A stretch of DNA of 58,564 nt, filler included, from Dugesia japonica (taxonomy: Eukaryota), in the NCBI GenBank assembly GCA_001938525.1. It is 3 parts of 3 records of this genome, joined end to end, with 100 filler letters (N's around TTAATTAATTAA, not from the genome) between each part and the next. Parts side by side here need not be neighbours in the genome. Positions count along the whole stretch, not along the records: positions 14,220 to 44,358 come from MQRL01594519.1; 2 more parts are not named here. One strand, 5' to 3'. How positions within the stretch are numbered: position 1 is the first letter of the stretch; each line of letters starts with the position of its first letter. A program made the translations under genes and the position numbers. The notes beneath the pieces were generated by a model. That model had not been told where the DNA came from. It worked only from the letters and a program-made list of their open reading frames with translations, and made no database searches. Of the stretch, positions 23,815-35,991 are shown piece by piece.

Positions 23815-24330
23815 TAGGATTATGTTGAAGCTGAAGGTGATCATAAGGTTTTAAATATAAACCATCAACTTTTACTTCAACTTGTATTCCATTTTTAAAG
23901 TTTTTACTAATCCTCTTGATTTCTGAGTTTTTGCAATCCAATTTTAAAATATTTATGAATTGAACTTCTTTGATAAGGTTTTAAATATAATCCTGAACCA
24001 GTATTATTTTCTAATTTTTCTATTAGAATTAATTTTTCTTTTTTCTGTAATTCAACTTATTTAGTTTCTTTTTGTTTTTTAATTGCATCTCTTGAATTAC
24101 TTACAGTTGATGCTATTCCAGCCGCAATACCAGCTGTTGATGCTAAACCAGCAATTATAGCTGAAATTGCAGCAAAGAAAGCTAAGCCGCCTTTATGTTC
24201 TTTACCTAATTTCTTTTTTATTTCTTCTTTAACTTTATTACCAATTCAATAGTTTTTACAGTTAATTTTTATAGATTTGAATTTATTTGAATTTATCAAA
24301 TCAATTAATTCTTGTTCTGATACTGAAGAA
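23815..24330 (-). pseudogene. Polinton virion core / membrane-active-like ORF with adenain-type cleavage motifs
   Basis: Manual translation KEHKGGLAFFAAISAIIAGLASTAGIAAGIASTVSNSRDAIKKQKE..NTGSGLYLKPY..DGLYLKPY, a pattern known from Polinton small structural ORFs. Confidence 0.7.
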
Positions 24331-24429
24331 ATTTTGTTTACTAGAATTTTAAAATTAAACAAACAAAAGATATTTCATCAATAATGAAAATATTCTTATT
24401 TATGTTTAGTATCCCAATTCAAATCATCT

Positions 24430-25212
24430 TTCACCTCTTTCAAATCACCTCCTCTTCAAAAAAATCTTCAATCAATAGATCAGCTTCTTTATCTAAATAA
24501 TAATTATGTTTTGTTTTCAAATGTAAATTTACTTCATAGCCATATTCCATTTTACTGCAAAATATTTTACTAAATAAATCATAATAAACATTATCTTTAT
24601 CTGTTTTATTTAATTTGAAAAATATAAAACAGTTAGAATTATTTCTAATAGAGTTTTTATCTAAATGAAAATAAGTTTGAGAAATATAAATCCCATTAAA
24701 ATTTACATGTCTTCCTCTAGTAAAGCAATATATTTATAATTATAAATATTTTATAATATATTTATATATTTTATATTTACAACATCATCAAAAATTATTA
24801 AATTCTTTTTGTGTTTATATAATTTATCACAAGGAATAATGTCATTTGGTCTATTACTTAAAACCACATTAATAGATCTTGGTTTATTTGATAAGTAATT
24901 TTATTCTATAAACCATTAGTTAATTTGAAATGAACAATAATCAGGAACTATATTTTGATGTTCAAAAATAAAAATAATATCCTGTTTTGTTAATCCATAT
25001 TCAAAACCATGATAAAGTCATTGTAATTCAAATTGATTTATAGTTGTAGAATAAATGATCAAGTAATCATAATCTAAAAACTCTGGAGTTAATGAAATTT
25101 TCATTAACAAAACATTTTTACCTGATCCTGAAGATCCAATTATTAATAATCTCAAGTTTGAAGGAATGATTTTATTATTAAAGATATTTTTATTCCAAAT
25201 CAATGTGTACAT
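24430..25212 (-). pseudogene. FtsK/A32-like genome packaging ATPase
   Basis: Walker A IIGSSGSGK, Walker B NLIIFDDV (about 24790), FTRGRH and YISQTYFHL..SIRNNSN; internal stop and a TA-rich expansion. Confidence 0.92.
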
Positions 25213-25689
25213 TTTTATTTAATAAAAATTAAGTATAATCAGAAATTATTATATCATCAAGGGAATGTTCTATTTTAATTTTTCTGCACTACCTTTCATA
25301 TAAGGTTTATTTAGCTTATTTAATACTAAATTTAATATACTTATACTATATAGATCTATATTAGTAAAATTAAAATTTATGAAATAGTTGATTAATATTT
25401 TATAAACTTCATCTACTATTTCAGATGGCATGTTTATATATTTATCTCTAACACTATCTACAATTATCCACCTCAAAAACCATTATAGTGGATTGGTTAT
25501 GTTTTTTCTTTTTTTAAAATTTTTGTTGTTGCTTGTTTTTTTTCTTTTTAATTCTTGTTTTTATTTCTTCTTTATCAATTTTAATTAATGAGTCCCATTT
25601 CAAGGCTTCTTTTAAAGTACCTTTTAAAATAAATTGAAAAGAGTTATTAACCATTATTATCAATTTATTAAATTAAAATTTATAAAACA

Positions 25690-26470
25690 GTTTTCTGATG
25701 TTCATTACTATAAAATCTACCTAGAATCTTTTTATTTTGTAAATCAGTAATTCCATAAGTAAAAGGTTTCGCTTAATAAACTTGGGTTATTACAAATATT
25801 TCATTAGTCCATTTAGCTGTAAAACCTTTTTCAAATTTATATTTAAAGATTCTAACTCGATCACTAATTTTAAATTTTTCTCTTTTAAATCATCATTTGC
25901 GTGATTATATTGATTTATTATTTCTTTTATTTTATCTGGATTATCACTTACATCTTTTGGAGTGTTTTTATAGAAAATTGTATTATTATAATCATTTACA
26001 ATTTTATCTAACAAGTTTTTATTCCATTTTTGATTTCCAACTAATGTAAAATATTTCCACATTTTAGTTTTTAAAGTTCTAATAAATCTTTCAGCAAAAA
26101 CCGATTTACCTTCATTTTCAGTATAATACAAATTAATATTATTTTCCTTAAGAAATTTATCAAAATATTTTGATCGAATTGCTGACTCTTTGTCAAACCA
26201 AATATAACTTGGAATTATATTATTTTCTTCAAATATATTTTCATAAGCTTCTCTTAATGATTCCTGATTTTTATTAATCATTGGAATATAAAAACCAAAT
26301 CTAGAATATAAATCAATACAAACTAAAATATAACGAAAACTTTCAACAGATTTTTTAACCATATCAATAATATCAAAACCCCAAGTATTATCTTTTTCGT
26401 TTATTATTACTTTTAGGAAATGTTTCGGTTTTCTATAATTTTTATGTAATTCGTTTGATTTGGAAACCAA
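25690..26470 (-). pseudogene. Polinton rve (c-integrase)
   Basis: WGFDIIDM, YILVCIDLYSR, WFDKES, AERFIRTLK; after a frameshift it continues FKISDRVRI..FEKGFTAKWTNEIF..GRFY. Confidence 0.93.
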
Positions 26471-26708
26471 TTATTTTTCAAAGTTATTTTGTCTTTATGA
26501 GCATCCGCTGCACCAAATTATAATGTAAATTTAAAATATAACATTAAATTACAAATTTCTAATGTATTTGTAGATTGTAAAGATTGAAAAACAATATCTC
26601 CAGAAGACATTAAATAAATAATTGATCCAGATGAAGGTGAAATTCTTAAAACATCATTTTTTTTAGAAGAAAGTGATGAAAATTAATATTATTATCAATA
26701 TTAAGTTT

Positions 26709-26945
26709 TGTGCACTGATATTTTTATTAAGAAACCATAAACCAAAAATACAAGCCAAAAAACACAACCCTTAATTTTTTTTATCCTCAAGTCTGTTTTA
26801 CAAGTATTGAATTATGTTGTACTGATAATGATTACACTTTTTTCCTATGTAATCACTACTTAATTTCTGTTGTATTGGTATTCTTTTATCATTTGCACTA
26901 TTTTAGCCTTACGGCCTTGGCTAAATCGTACTAATCACTATTACT
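26709..26945 (-). repeat. Right TIR of Polinton B
   Basis: Reverse complement of 17599-17802 with substitutions and an extra segment of roughly 40 bp containing a gattaca/tgtaatc hairpin. Confidence 0.93.
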
Positions 26946-27946
26946 TACGTATGTGACCCATCAGGCCACAGCAAAAACATGAGCTTTTTTGATTGTTCTT
27001 CTTTTAGCGAAGGAAGTTTTTTTGATCTATTGTACAATTTCCTAGCAATAAACTTCATGGAAACTGTTGGCGCATTTCTAAATTGACTTTCTCTACTATT
27101 TTTGGAATCATTAAAAACTTAAGCAATTGATATTGTTTTTTCAATTTCATTGTTTCTAGGTTTATAATAGTTAGAATCTTTTTAATCAGTTTTCTTAATT
27201 CTCGGATTGTAACTTTCAGCTGACACTTCTGAGTAAGTCAATTTATTTATCTGAGACCCACCAAAATTTTCATCGTTTTTCTCAAAATTTTCAGTCAACT
27301 TTGTCATATCATCCAGCTTAATTTCTGGTTTAAGAGCAAATGATTTTATTAGGTCTTCGGAAACAATTTGTTTCTTGATTATTTGCTAACAGTCAATCTT
27401 GATTCAAATATTTCTCTGACTGATCTTAAAACTCTTAACTCAAAATTTTCGAAACGTTCATTTTCTTTTTGTCGAATTCCACTACATTCTTCAATAATTC
27501 GGAGAAATGACTTTTCTTTTATAAATTTTTCTTTAAACCATTCTCTAGCCATTTTATTATTAACATTCTGCCGGCTTTTAAATACTTGCCACAGGTATTT
27601 TGTATCACCGTCTAATAAAAAAATCAAAGGTTGATAATAAATTAAAACTGTTTGATTCTGCAAAAACTGAAATTTCATTTAACTTTTTTGCTGAGTCTTC
27701 GTCATAATTCCCAGAAAATGTCGTAATTTTAGGAGTTAATAATTCCTTAGACTCTTAAGGCAAAGCTGCGTAAATTCTTCTGTCTTTGGTTTCCTGGTTT
27801 CGAGTAATTGAGTTCAGCTGGGCTGAATCGCCAGTTAAATCAAAAGTCTTAATTTCCATAACAAGTTTATTTAATAAGTTCAAAATATAACTGAATATTA
27901 AAAAACAATATTTAAACAAATATTCAGTTTCTTTAAATATTCAACT
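26946..27946 (-). mobile_element. 5' part of a Ty3/Gypsy element (LTR 27833-27946, PBS, gag up to the zinc knuckle); host of Polinton B
   Basis: Closely similar to 48984-49998 in reverse orientation; ORF 27379-27678 is gag; LTR ends AGTT/AACT and is followed by tggcgattcagccc. Confidence 0.92.
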
Positions 27947-28329
27947 ATAACATAAATAAAAACACTAATTATATATATTTATTTTTATAGTAAATAATTT
28001 TAAAAAATTGATAAAAAAACACAAAGAATTTTCAAAAAATAAATTAACAAATTTTAATTATAATATGATAATTGTAGAAAAATTTTAAAATCTCTGAAAT
28101 ATAAAAATTGCAATTGAAATAAATTTTAGAAATCTTTATTATATAAAAATTAAAATTTAAAATAATTTTAAAAATCTCGAATCTATAATTATAATTGAAA
28201 AATTTCTTATATAAAAATTATATCAAAATCCAACTAATAATTAAACATTTAAAGATTTTTCGATTTAATTAAAAAATTTTAAGATTTAATTTGAATTAAT
28301 TTCAAATTAAAATTAAAATTTATAAACCA

Positions 28330-31300
28330 ATAAAATTGTGCCAGGTAAAAGTTGCCGCCCTAATAAGCTAAAATTATTTTATTTTAAATTTAATATTTTG
28401 CATAATAAAACAATAATGTATTTAATTACATATTTTGCATATATTTCATAAACCAAACAAAGGTTTTTACCAAAATGATGGTAAAAAAACAAATATAAAA
28501 ATAAAAATAACCAGTAACATGATGAATAATGAACAAATAAATGAAAATGTATCTAAACGCTTATTATAGAAAAATTACATTGTAAAGTTACTTAAAATTC
28601 ACTTTTCTTGCTTTTTAGAGCGCGAATTCACTAATTAAATTTGATTAGTCTAGATCTGTAGCTATTTTATTTTCAATACTGAATGAATTTAGGTTTGTTT
28701 ATCGTTCTTGTATATATAGAAAATTTTAAATAATTTACTATTAATTTAAACTTAGAAAAACTTCTTTCACCAGAAGCCACTGTTACTGGTTTTGTAAAAA
28801 ATATTCTTAATGCAATTGTAATAATTGGAAATATTGGAGAAAGATTATTTGTAAAGATACAAACTAAAACTGCTAATGCATTCATACCGAGTTTAATGTA
28901 TGCTAAAAGGCTTTCAATTTCATCACATAAATTTAATGCATTTATATCAAATTTATTTTGCTCATTATTGGGCAGTTTAAGTTGAAAATCGTAAAATATT
29001 TAATTTTAGTATCTTTATTTAACTCTAGAAAGGTAAAAACGTCATTGAAAAAATGAAAAATTTCGTTATGAACTGTCATTTGTTCAAATCTTTGATCTAT
29101 TTTTGATATTGCTGTATCTTAATAGTGAAATAAAAATTAACTTTAATTTTATAATGGCAAATGAGAAATTTCATCCACATTATCATACGTAAACATTTTC
29201 TGTTTTACGAGGTTTTATAATATCAACCACTGGGAACTCAGTTTAACAATCAATCTCTTGTACAATTTTTGTTCTTCATTGAGAATATTATTAAAAATAT
29301 CATTCTATCTTTATTCTTGTAAGGAATTCTTTAGGTCTTTCAGCATTTCAATTGCAGTTGCTATAATTAAATGATATTTTTGCAAAAATTTACTTACAAC
29401 ATTTACCTTGGATAATATGTTATACCAAATAACTATGGAACATATAACTTTGTATGATTTGATTTTTTTATAAGAAATTTAGCCATATTTCTTTTATTAA
29501 CATCTCAAGATGAATCATTAAGATGAATTTAAACTATGTGAAGCATATGGCACATAAAATGCACTAGGATTTACATCTAGAAATTTTGTTTTGGAGATCA
29601 TTATGTTTTCCTTTCATATTAGCACCGTTATCATAGCCTTGTTCCCACATATGGTAAATGCTAATTTTTTCTTGATTTAAAAAGTCTATTATAAATCTGG
29701 TTAGACCCAGTAGAATCTAATATAAGTGGCTAATACCGGGAGTGCAGTATTACATAATATTTGCACAATTTTTGTAAAGTAATTATTTTTGTTTTAATTT
29801 TTCCTCCTATTAAAAATATGAGCTTATTTTAAATTTTTTCAGTTTAATAAAGTGGCATTTTATTAGGGTACTAATTAAATGTTAAGTAAAATTAATGAAA
29901 TGTTAAGTAAATAATGAAATGTTAAGTTACTCTAGTAGTACATTTAAAGTTAAATTAATGAATGTTAAGTAAAATTAGTAAAGTTTAAGTAATTAAATAA
30001 ATTTGTTTAATTAATAATAAAATATTTAAGTTCATTAATTTAAATAATTAAGTAAAGTACTTTAATAATGACGCACATAATAAAATAGAAAGATGAAAAA
30101 AGTTTTTTTGTGGTTACTTCGAAAACGAANNNNNNNNNNNNNNNNNNNNNNNNNNNNNNNNNNNNNNNNNNNNNNNNNNAACAAACATCCAGGATGGTAC
30201 GAGGGTTACTCACAAGAATATCCATCAACTAATAATGCACTCGAATTCAATATTAATGGCATTAAACGAAGCAAAAATTTTCGTGAAAGGTATCCAACTC
30301 CAACTATAACTACAAACTTGTAGACAGATGGATATCAATGGATTCAATTGGATAAATAAGTATTATTTAAGAAAAGTCAAATCAATTGGAATATTACTTC
30401 ACATCAATTGAAAAGCCTGATATAACCAAACCAAATATAACCAATTATATTCGTTTGATGAAAATATGAAATGGGATGATTTTGATCATTATATTGATAC
30501 AGCTACATCAATTTGGAAAATAATATTATCAAATAATTGCTCGGTTGAAAATAAAGAATGGAAAAATGGTATGTGTAATTGTCACATCTTTTACAAGGAA
30601 TACATGTTNAAACATTAAATTGGTATATCAATGAGAAATAAATTTTGCAAAATTTTACTTATAGCAAAAAATATTCCAATAGATACTAAGCGTAAACGTG
30701 GAAAACCATCGAAAGCAAAGAAGGCATTACTTGTTCAATAAAAGCTAAAATTAACTTAAACTGTTTTTTAATTATTTAAAAAAATTATTTTTTAACTTGT
30801 GTTTTTTATTTTTGTTACTTAAATTTTATTATTAATTTTCTTAATATTTTATTAAAAATACTTAATTTTGTATTAAAAATAACTTAATATTTAATTAATT
30901 TTACTTTAAAAATAATTAAAATATACTTAAACTAAATTAATTTTTTTACNNNNNNNNNNNNNNNNNNNNNNNNNNNNNNNNNNNNNNNNNNNNNNNNNNT
31001 TTTTACTTAACATTTCATTAATTTAACTTAACAAATAATAATAACTCATTTTATTATCATTACTTTAAACACGATTTAAATGTTCAACCATGACACCATT
31101 AAATTGAGCAAATGTTTCCATTTATTTTAAAAAACTTCCATTATGTGCGTCAAATAATTTGTTATTTGTTCCTCTAAATGCTAATTTTTTTCTTCTTTTT
31201 CGTTTCCTATATGCTGAACCTGGTAGCCTTCTTCTTTTCTCTGACATCTAACAAAATTAATTGAAAGATAATTTTATTTTGACCTTATATATAACCTTAA

Positions 31301-32060
31301 CAAAAAATTTGTTTGAGAAATTTTATTTTAATTTAATANTTTTTTTATAGAAAACAATATTAACAAAACTATATTTAATAAATTAATTCTAAAATAAAGT
31401 TTATAAACTATAAACAATATTTTGTTTCATAATGAAATGCAGTTAGCAGAAAGAAATTTTAAAGTAGTTATACACCAAAATGACTTACCCACAGATTTTA
31501 ATAAAATTGAAATATCTTGGAGGTAATAATGATAGAAAACTTCATTCCAAATTTGAGCAAGATTTACCATATAGTTTACAAGATAGAGATTTAAAGTTGA
31601 AACATTTTTACAATTCGTTCGTATATGAGAAGCTGAGAAACTCGGGCATTAATGTAGATTACAAGCGTTTTAACCCAAAAATTTCGATGAAATTTACCAT
31701 GCATAAAGTTTAATATTTTATAAATATGTGTGCACAGGTCAGAAATTATTGACCGTAAAATTAAAGAATATGCTACAAATACGTATTATAATATTAACCA
31801 TCGTTTTAATAGATTTTATCATTTTATATTTGTAGGTGCAAGTAATATCTTAACATTAACAATGTTACGAATAACGTCATTGTTGTAGTATTTATTTATA
31901 TATGTACAAATTTTACCTATTTAATTAATAAGTAGTAAGTTTACACCATCATGAACATAATAAAGATTGGACAACTAGAATTTCTTCACTAAACTGTTTT
32001 TCGCCTGCCACCCAAAGAATTGTCGCACGGGTGCCGTGCACCCCTTGAAGTCCTGCTCGG
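28330..32060 (-). mobile_element. hAT transposon remnant (ZMYM1/Tip100-like); transposase at about 28590-31250, interrupted by a MULE
   Basis: LAFRG..NGSFL (about 31130-31185), CTPGISH, QGYDNGANMKG, HSLN, PVTVASGERSFSKFKLI; GC-rich subterminal motifs near 28340 and 32030. Outer boundaries approximate. Confidence 0.85.
29866..31047 (+). mobile_element. MULE/Mutator deletion derivative with TIRs and a 9-bp TSD
   Basis: GWYEG..PSTNNALE, SWIM-like CNCHIFYKEYM.KH and AT-hook-like RKRGKP; inverted tgttaagt.aaattaatgaaatgttaagtaaa arms; attttatta at 29857-29865 and 31048-31056. Confidence 0.82.
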
Positions 32061-32169
32061 AATCAATAAATTTGTCTACATTGCATTGTAGGGCAGGTTG
32101 CGATAGATAGTGTATCGCTCATATACATCAACTTCTGATTTTCACTGGGAAAGCAGATAATTTATCGAT

Positions 32170-32500
32170 GGTCAAAATCACATCTGTCCCCATACCAATA
32201 TACCAACTCTGCTATCGATTTTTAATTCGAGTAATTCTGCAATTGTGATATTCATCCAACAAATCTTTATCTAGCAAACAAGAGACTAATCTCTCCTGTT
32301 GTTTTATCTGGGTGATGTTTTTAGCTTCAAAAACACAATTTGCATCGCTTGATGAATTTCTCAATATCATCTCCTTTGCAGAACACATTCGGCAATAACC
32401 TCTCTGTTATAGAATCAGTATTTACCGCTGCCATCATGTTAGGTAAATCTTCAATTGATAACTCATTTTCCAAATCACAACTAATATTTTTAGACATCAT
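32170..32500 (-). pseudogene. Gypsy gag N-terminal remnant related to the one at 15213
   Basis: LLPNVFCKGDDIEKFIKRC resembles PTPKTFDIGDDVENF. Confidence 0.55.
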
Positions 32501-32799
32501 TTGTTTTACTACTACAATACATGTTTGATAAGTTAAATATAAATGAAATACAAGAATTTCAATATTAATATTCAGATAACTCGATTTCTATTGGATGAGA
32601 TTATTAATTAATAATTATTTCCTTATAGCGCAATTTAATCAGCTCTTACAACATCTATTGAATCTATACATCGTAGAACACCCGACGAAGCCGATTTAGC
32701 GTGTTTCGCAGAGCTTTTTATCATGTTGTTGAGGATTTCGAAATCATATCCGCGTGTTTAATTATTTAATAAAATTTATTATTATGAATTTCATTGAAT

Positions 32800-35200
32800 T
32801 ATTGTATTATAGGTATGCCTAGCAAATGAAGACTATACTATTTAATTAATGGCCGTATTACTTTACGGCGTGTACGAAATCCCTTCACTCGAGATGCCGG
32901 CATCCTGGAAGACCACCAAAATCTATCTCCGCAAGAACGAGTGAATCAACGAGGTAAATACGCCGTGGAACGATAGTTGTACCAAAATTTACCTCCCTAT
33001 CTATCAATATTCCTCGATTCTCCAGCTTATCTTATTCCATTCCTCACCTTCATACTTCGAAACTTATTCCTTGAATAAAATCCGATAAATTTATTGTATT
33101 AAGTGGCTTTACCTTTCTATTTAATTTGATGTCATAAAAGTATGATTTTATTTTTCACTGTCTCGTTATTGTTGATATTCTAACTCTTTTAAGTGAATTA
33201 ACCCCGTGCAAAATCTGCAACAGCAAATAAAAAATACCAACAGGATAGCAATGATCAAGAAATAACCTGGAAGCTATACCGACTGGTCTAGCGCAATTGT
33301 GAAGCATAGATAGCAACCAAAAAGCTAAGAATCTGCGATGCCGAGAGTTTTGAGAGTAAGTGGCACACTTGCATGACCAAGAACGGCTATGGAAAGCACA
33401 GCTAGAAACCTTCACTACCCTATTAAAGCAGTTTAACAAGCGCAAAAATCGACTCGTTGAAGACATTATTATGTTGAGAGCACAATTGTCGGTTGGCTAC
33501 GTTATGATAAATATCGGTACACAAACCAGACCTAGAATCGCAAACTTTTTTGTAAATAAACTCTTGTTGTGCTCGCTTATTTACTTTATTTTACTTAACC
33601 ATAGTGTCATAAGACAAATGCTTGATTTTGTTTTTTTGCAGTGCAAACTTATCGGCTAACAAATTCAAAAAATAAGTACCATCCTTTAATACGAGACTTA
33701 AGATTAGAGCGCTATTATCAGAAAACCCGGGAGCGCATGTTGCTCTGACAGATACAGAAAAAAAACTATACCATATGACAGCTCGAGAACTCCCACAAAG
33801 CTAACATAGACATCGCCAACAACATCACAAGCGATTAACACACAAAGACGAGTTCCTAACACGATACTTGATTGACTTGGCAAGGCTCGATGGCCAAGCC
33901 TACATCAGCCAAAATTTGCACCGATGGGACAATGCTGATGATGCGACTCTGTTTGACTTTGACGAAGAGACAGCTCCTACTTTGTCAAGGTGTTCCATTA
34001 ATAAAAATATAGTTTCTTCACTTTTTTTTCATTTAAGTAAAGATATAGATGGATTGATAATGAACCCGAACCGAAGGGATACGAGTATGCACTCCAACTA
34101 CGAGTTACGAGTCACCAATCTTATCCTAAAAATCTAGTTTAGCGAAGCTAGATCAAATCCTTAGTTGGGTTTTACTGGGCGACCGATCCTTGGTCATAAA
34201 AAAACCTCTGACAATTTCTCCAACACCGGTTAGGATATTGTTTACTTATGTTGGGTTTTGAGGTTTTTGATTTTTTATCATTCGTTTTTGATGGACCCTT
34301 TCTTCTTGTTCTTCTTTTCTTTTATCCTTCCTTTGCCTTCATCTCTAAATCATCTAAGGATAGATACCCCGAAGCCAGCAGAAATGTGACGACAACCCGT
34401 GTGTTGGATCATCCACCCCGAGTTCATACGGGACTACGCTGTATCCCGTCTTATGGATTTAATCTCTTTTGTGGCTCCATTTTTTCCTTTTTAATGGTAA
34501 CTATCTTCAATATTTAGAACAAAACAAATCTCATAATACCACTTTCAAAAGTAAATGTTTATTCACAAAAGTGTTAATTGTGTAGCTCACTGACTTCCCT
34601 AGGGTTTCCTTGCACTTACTTTTTGTCCGGTTTGGATACTCGGTTCAATGTCTTTACTGTGGCAATCAATACGCTCTTGCAGTTGACTTAAAACTTAATG
34701 ATGTCCGCTATCATTCTGCTTGTAATTAAGAGTGCCAGATTCTGCTTTCTGAGTTTGGAATTTTGTTCTCGAAGCTTGGTGTTTTTCTGCTCAACTTGTC
34801 GATTTCTCTCTGCAATTTTTTTGTAGCACCAACTACTTACTTTTTATCTCAGATAATTTCTGTTTGTAGTTACAACTTGCTAATCCACTCTCTACTGTAT
34901 AATCTTCTTCTTTGTCTAATCGGTGAAACTTTTCTCGATGTTAATCCTACAGTTGAGTTAACTTATCTTTCAGTATAGTTATTTGGATGTCTTTTTGCAG
35001 CAATCTGTCCTGCATGATTCACTAGGGTTTGGTGTCAGTACTTTCCAACTTTAGCGAATCCCACAACTCCGACATGTCATTCGGATATCGGATGCTGAAC
35101 GACTTTTCATCAGGCATCAACGACTTCTCAGCTTCTGTGGGCATTTGTCAAACAGACAATCGATCACTCATAATCATCTGTAGAGATGGAAATTCTACAT
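32800..35200. mobile_element. Unclassified GC-richer repeat with decayed ORFs on both strands
   Basis: 34084-34180 is homologous to 45928-46025; 34990-35185 is homologous at peptide level to 37780-37920; no recognised transposase or RT motif. Confidence 0.5.
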
Positions 35201-35406
35201 AATATTTAACAATTACCACGTAGTTAATGTTTCATTTCATTCCAAATCTATATCATTAATGGTTAACAAGACTTAAACTCCTCGTTGAGGTGAATAGTCA
35301 TTCTGTTTTAGATAAAAGTTTATTCAATATCATAGAACTTTAGTATCATATCTAAACTAAATAATTACATTATCATAGTTATATCAGTAAGATATTCATA
35401 TTTTTA

Positions 35407-35700
35407 TGTTGAGATGCTTTAGGGATTATTATATTATATTATATTCGTATAGATAAACTATATAGTCAACGTTTTGCAAAAATAAAGTATTTACTTTAAA
35501 AAACTATATATTTTTGATAAACACGTTATTAATTTTATCACTAAGTGTCGGTTCAGTAAACCTCAACTTTTATTGTGATTTCAAAGAGGGTGATCATAAT
35601 GAAATAAAATCCAATATTTATACTAGTGGCTGTAAGAATGTACATGCATAAATAAAATTATAAAAATTTAATAAAATTATAAAATTTTCCATAAAAATGT
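35407..35700 (-). repeat. Partial LTR-like repeat of the same family as 47832-48715
   Basis: Reverse complement ends aatccctaaagcatctcaaca versus aatcccaaagacatctcaaca at 48696-48715; both share ttcattatgatcacc. Right boundary uncertain. Confidence 0.65.
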
Positions 35701-35957
35701 TCCATGATTATTATTTACATTTATAGTTTTAGTTGTTTCCATAATTGTTTATTGAAAAATTACAAATCATTCAATTGTAATTATTATTGTTTATCAAAAT
35801 TTCTACATAATATAATAAAAATGGTTTTTGTAAACATTCCAAATAATTATGAGATTTGTAATTGAATGAAAACCAATAATAAAATAGTACAATAAAAATA
35901 AAAATTTCATTAAAATAAGAAAAAGCTTCGATCTAAATAAAATTTATTTGTAAAAAG

Positions 35958-35991
35958 GTTCAAATTTTCGACAATAGTCTTCTTCAGGAAC
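35958..35991 (-). ncRNA. Minimal hammerhead-like motif
   Basis: Minus strand reads gttc-CTGAAGA-a-gac-tatt-gtc-GAAA-attt-gaac: perfect 4-bp stem I and 3-bp stem II, very short palindromic stem III. Confidence 0.5.

Larger units (their letters stand above)
17599..26945. mobile_element. Polinton/Maverick B, bounded by TIRs and a 6-bp TSD, degenerate
   Basis: AGT...ACT termini, inverted repeats of about 200-240 bp, TACGTA on both flanks (17593-17598, 26946-26951); pPolB on +, integrase, ATPase and core-like ORF on -. Confidence 0.95.

Noticed and set aside
24720-24780. Spliceosomal intron in the packaging ATPase (GT...AG, TA-rich)
   Set aside because: Splicing would delete the conserved FTR residues and shift the frame; better explained as a TA-rich expansion.
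6020-26945. Polinton A and Polinton B as two halves of one complete element
   Set aside because: B is closed by its own TIRs and TSD, an artificial linker separates them, and their marker genes look like different Polinton groups.
31440-31780. ORF 31480-31713 and similar stretches at 4550-4750 and 44460-44860 as genes
   Set aside because: No recognisable domain; they look like non-coding MITE-type repeats whose ends I could not define.
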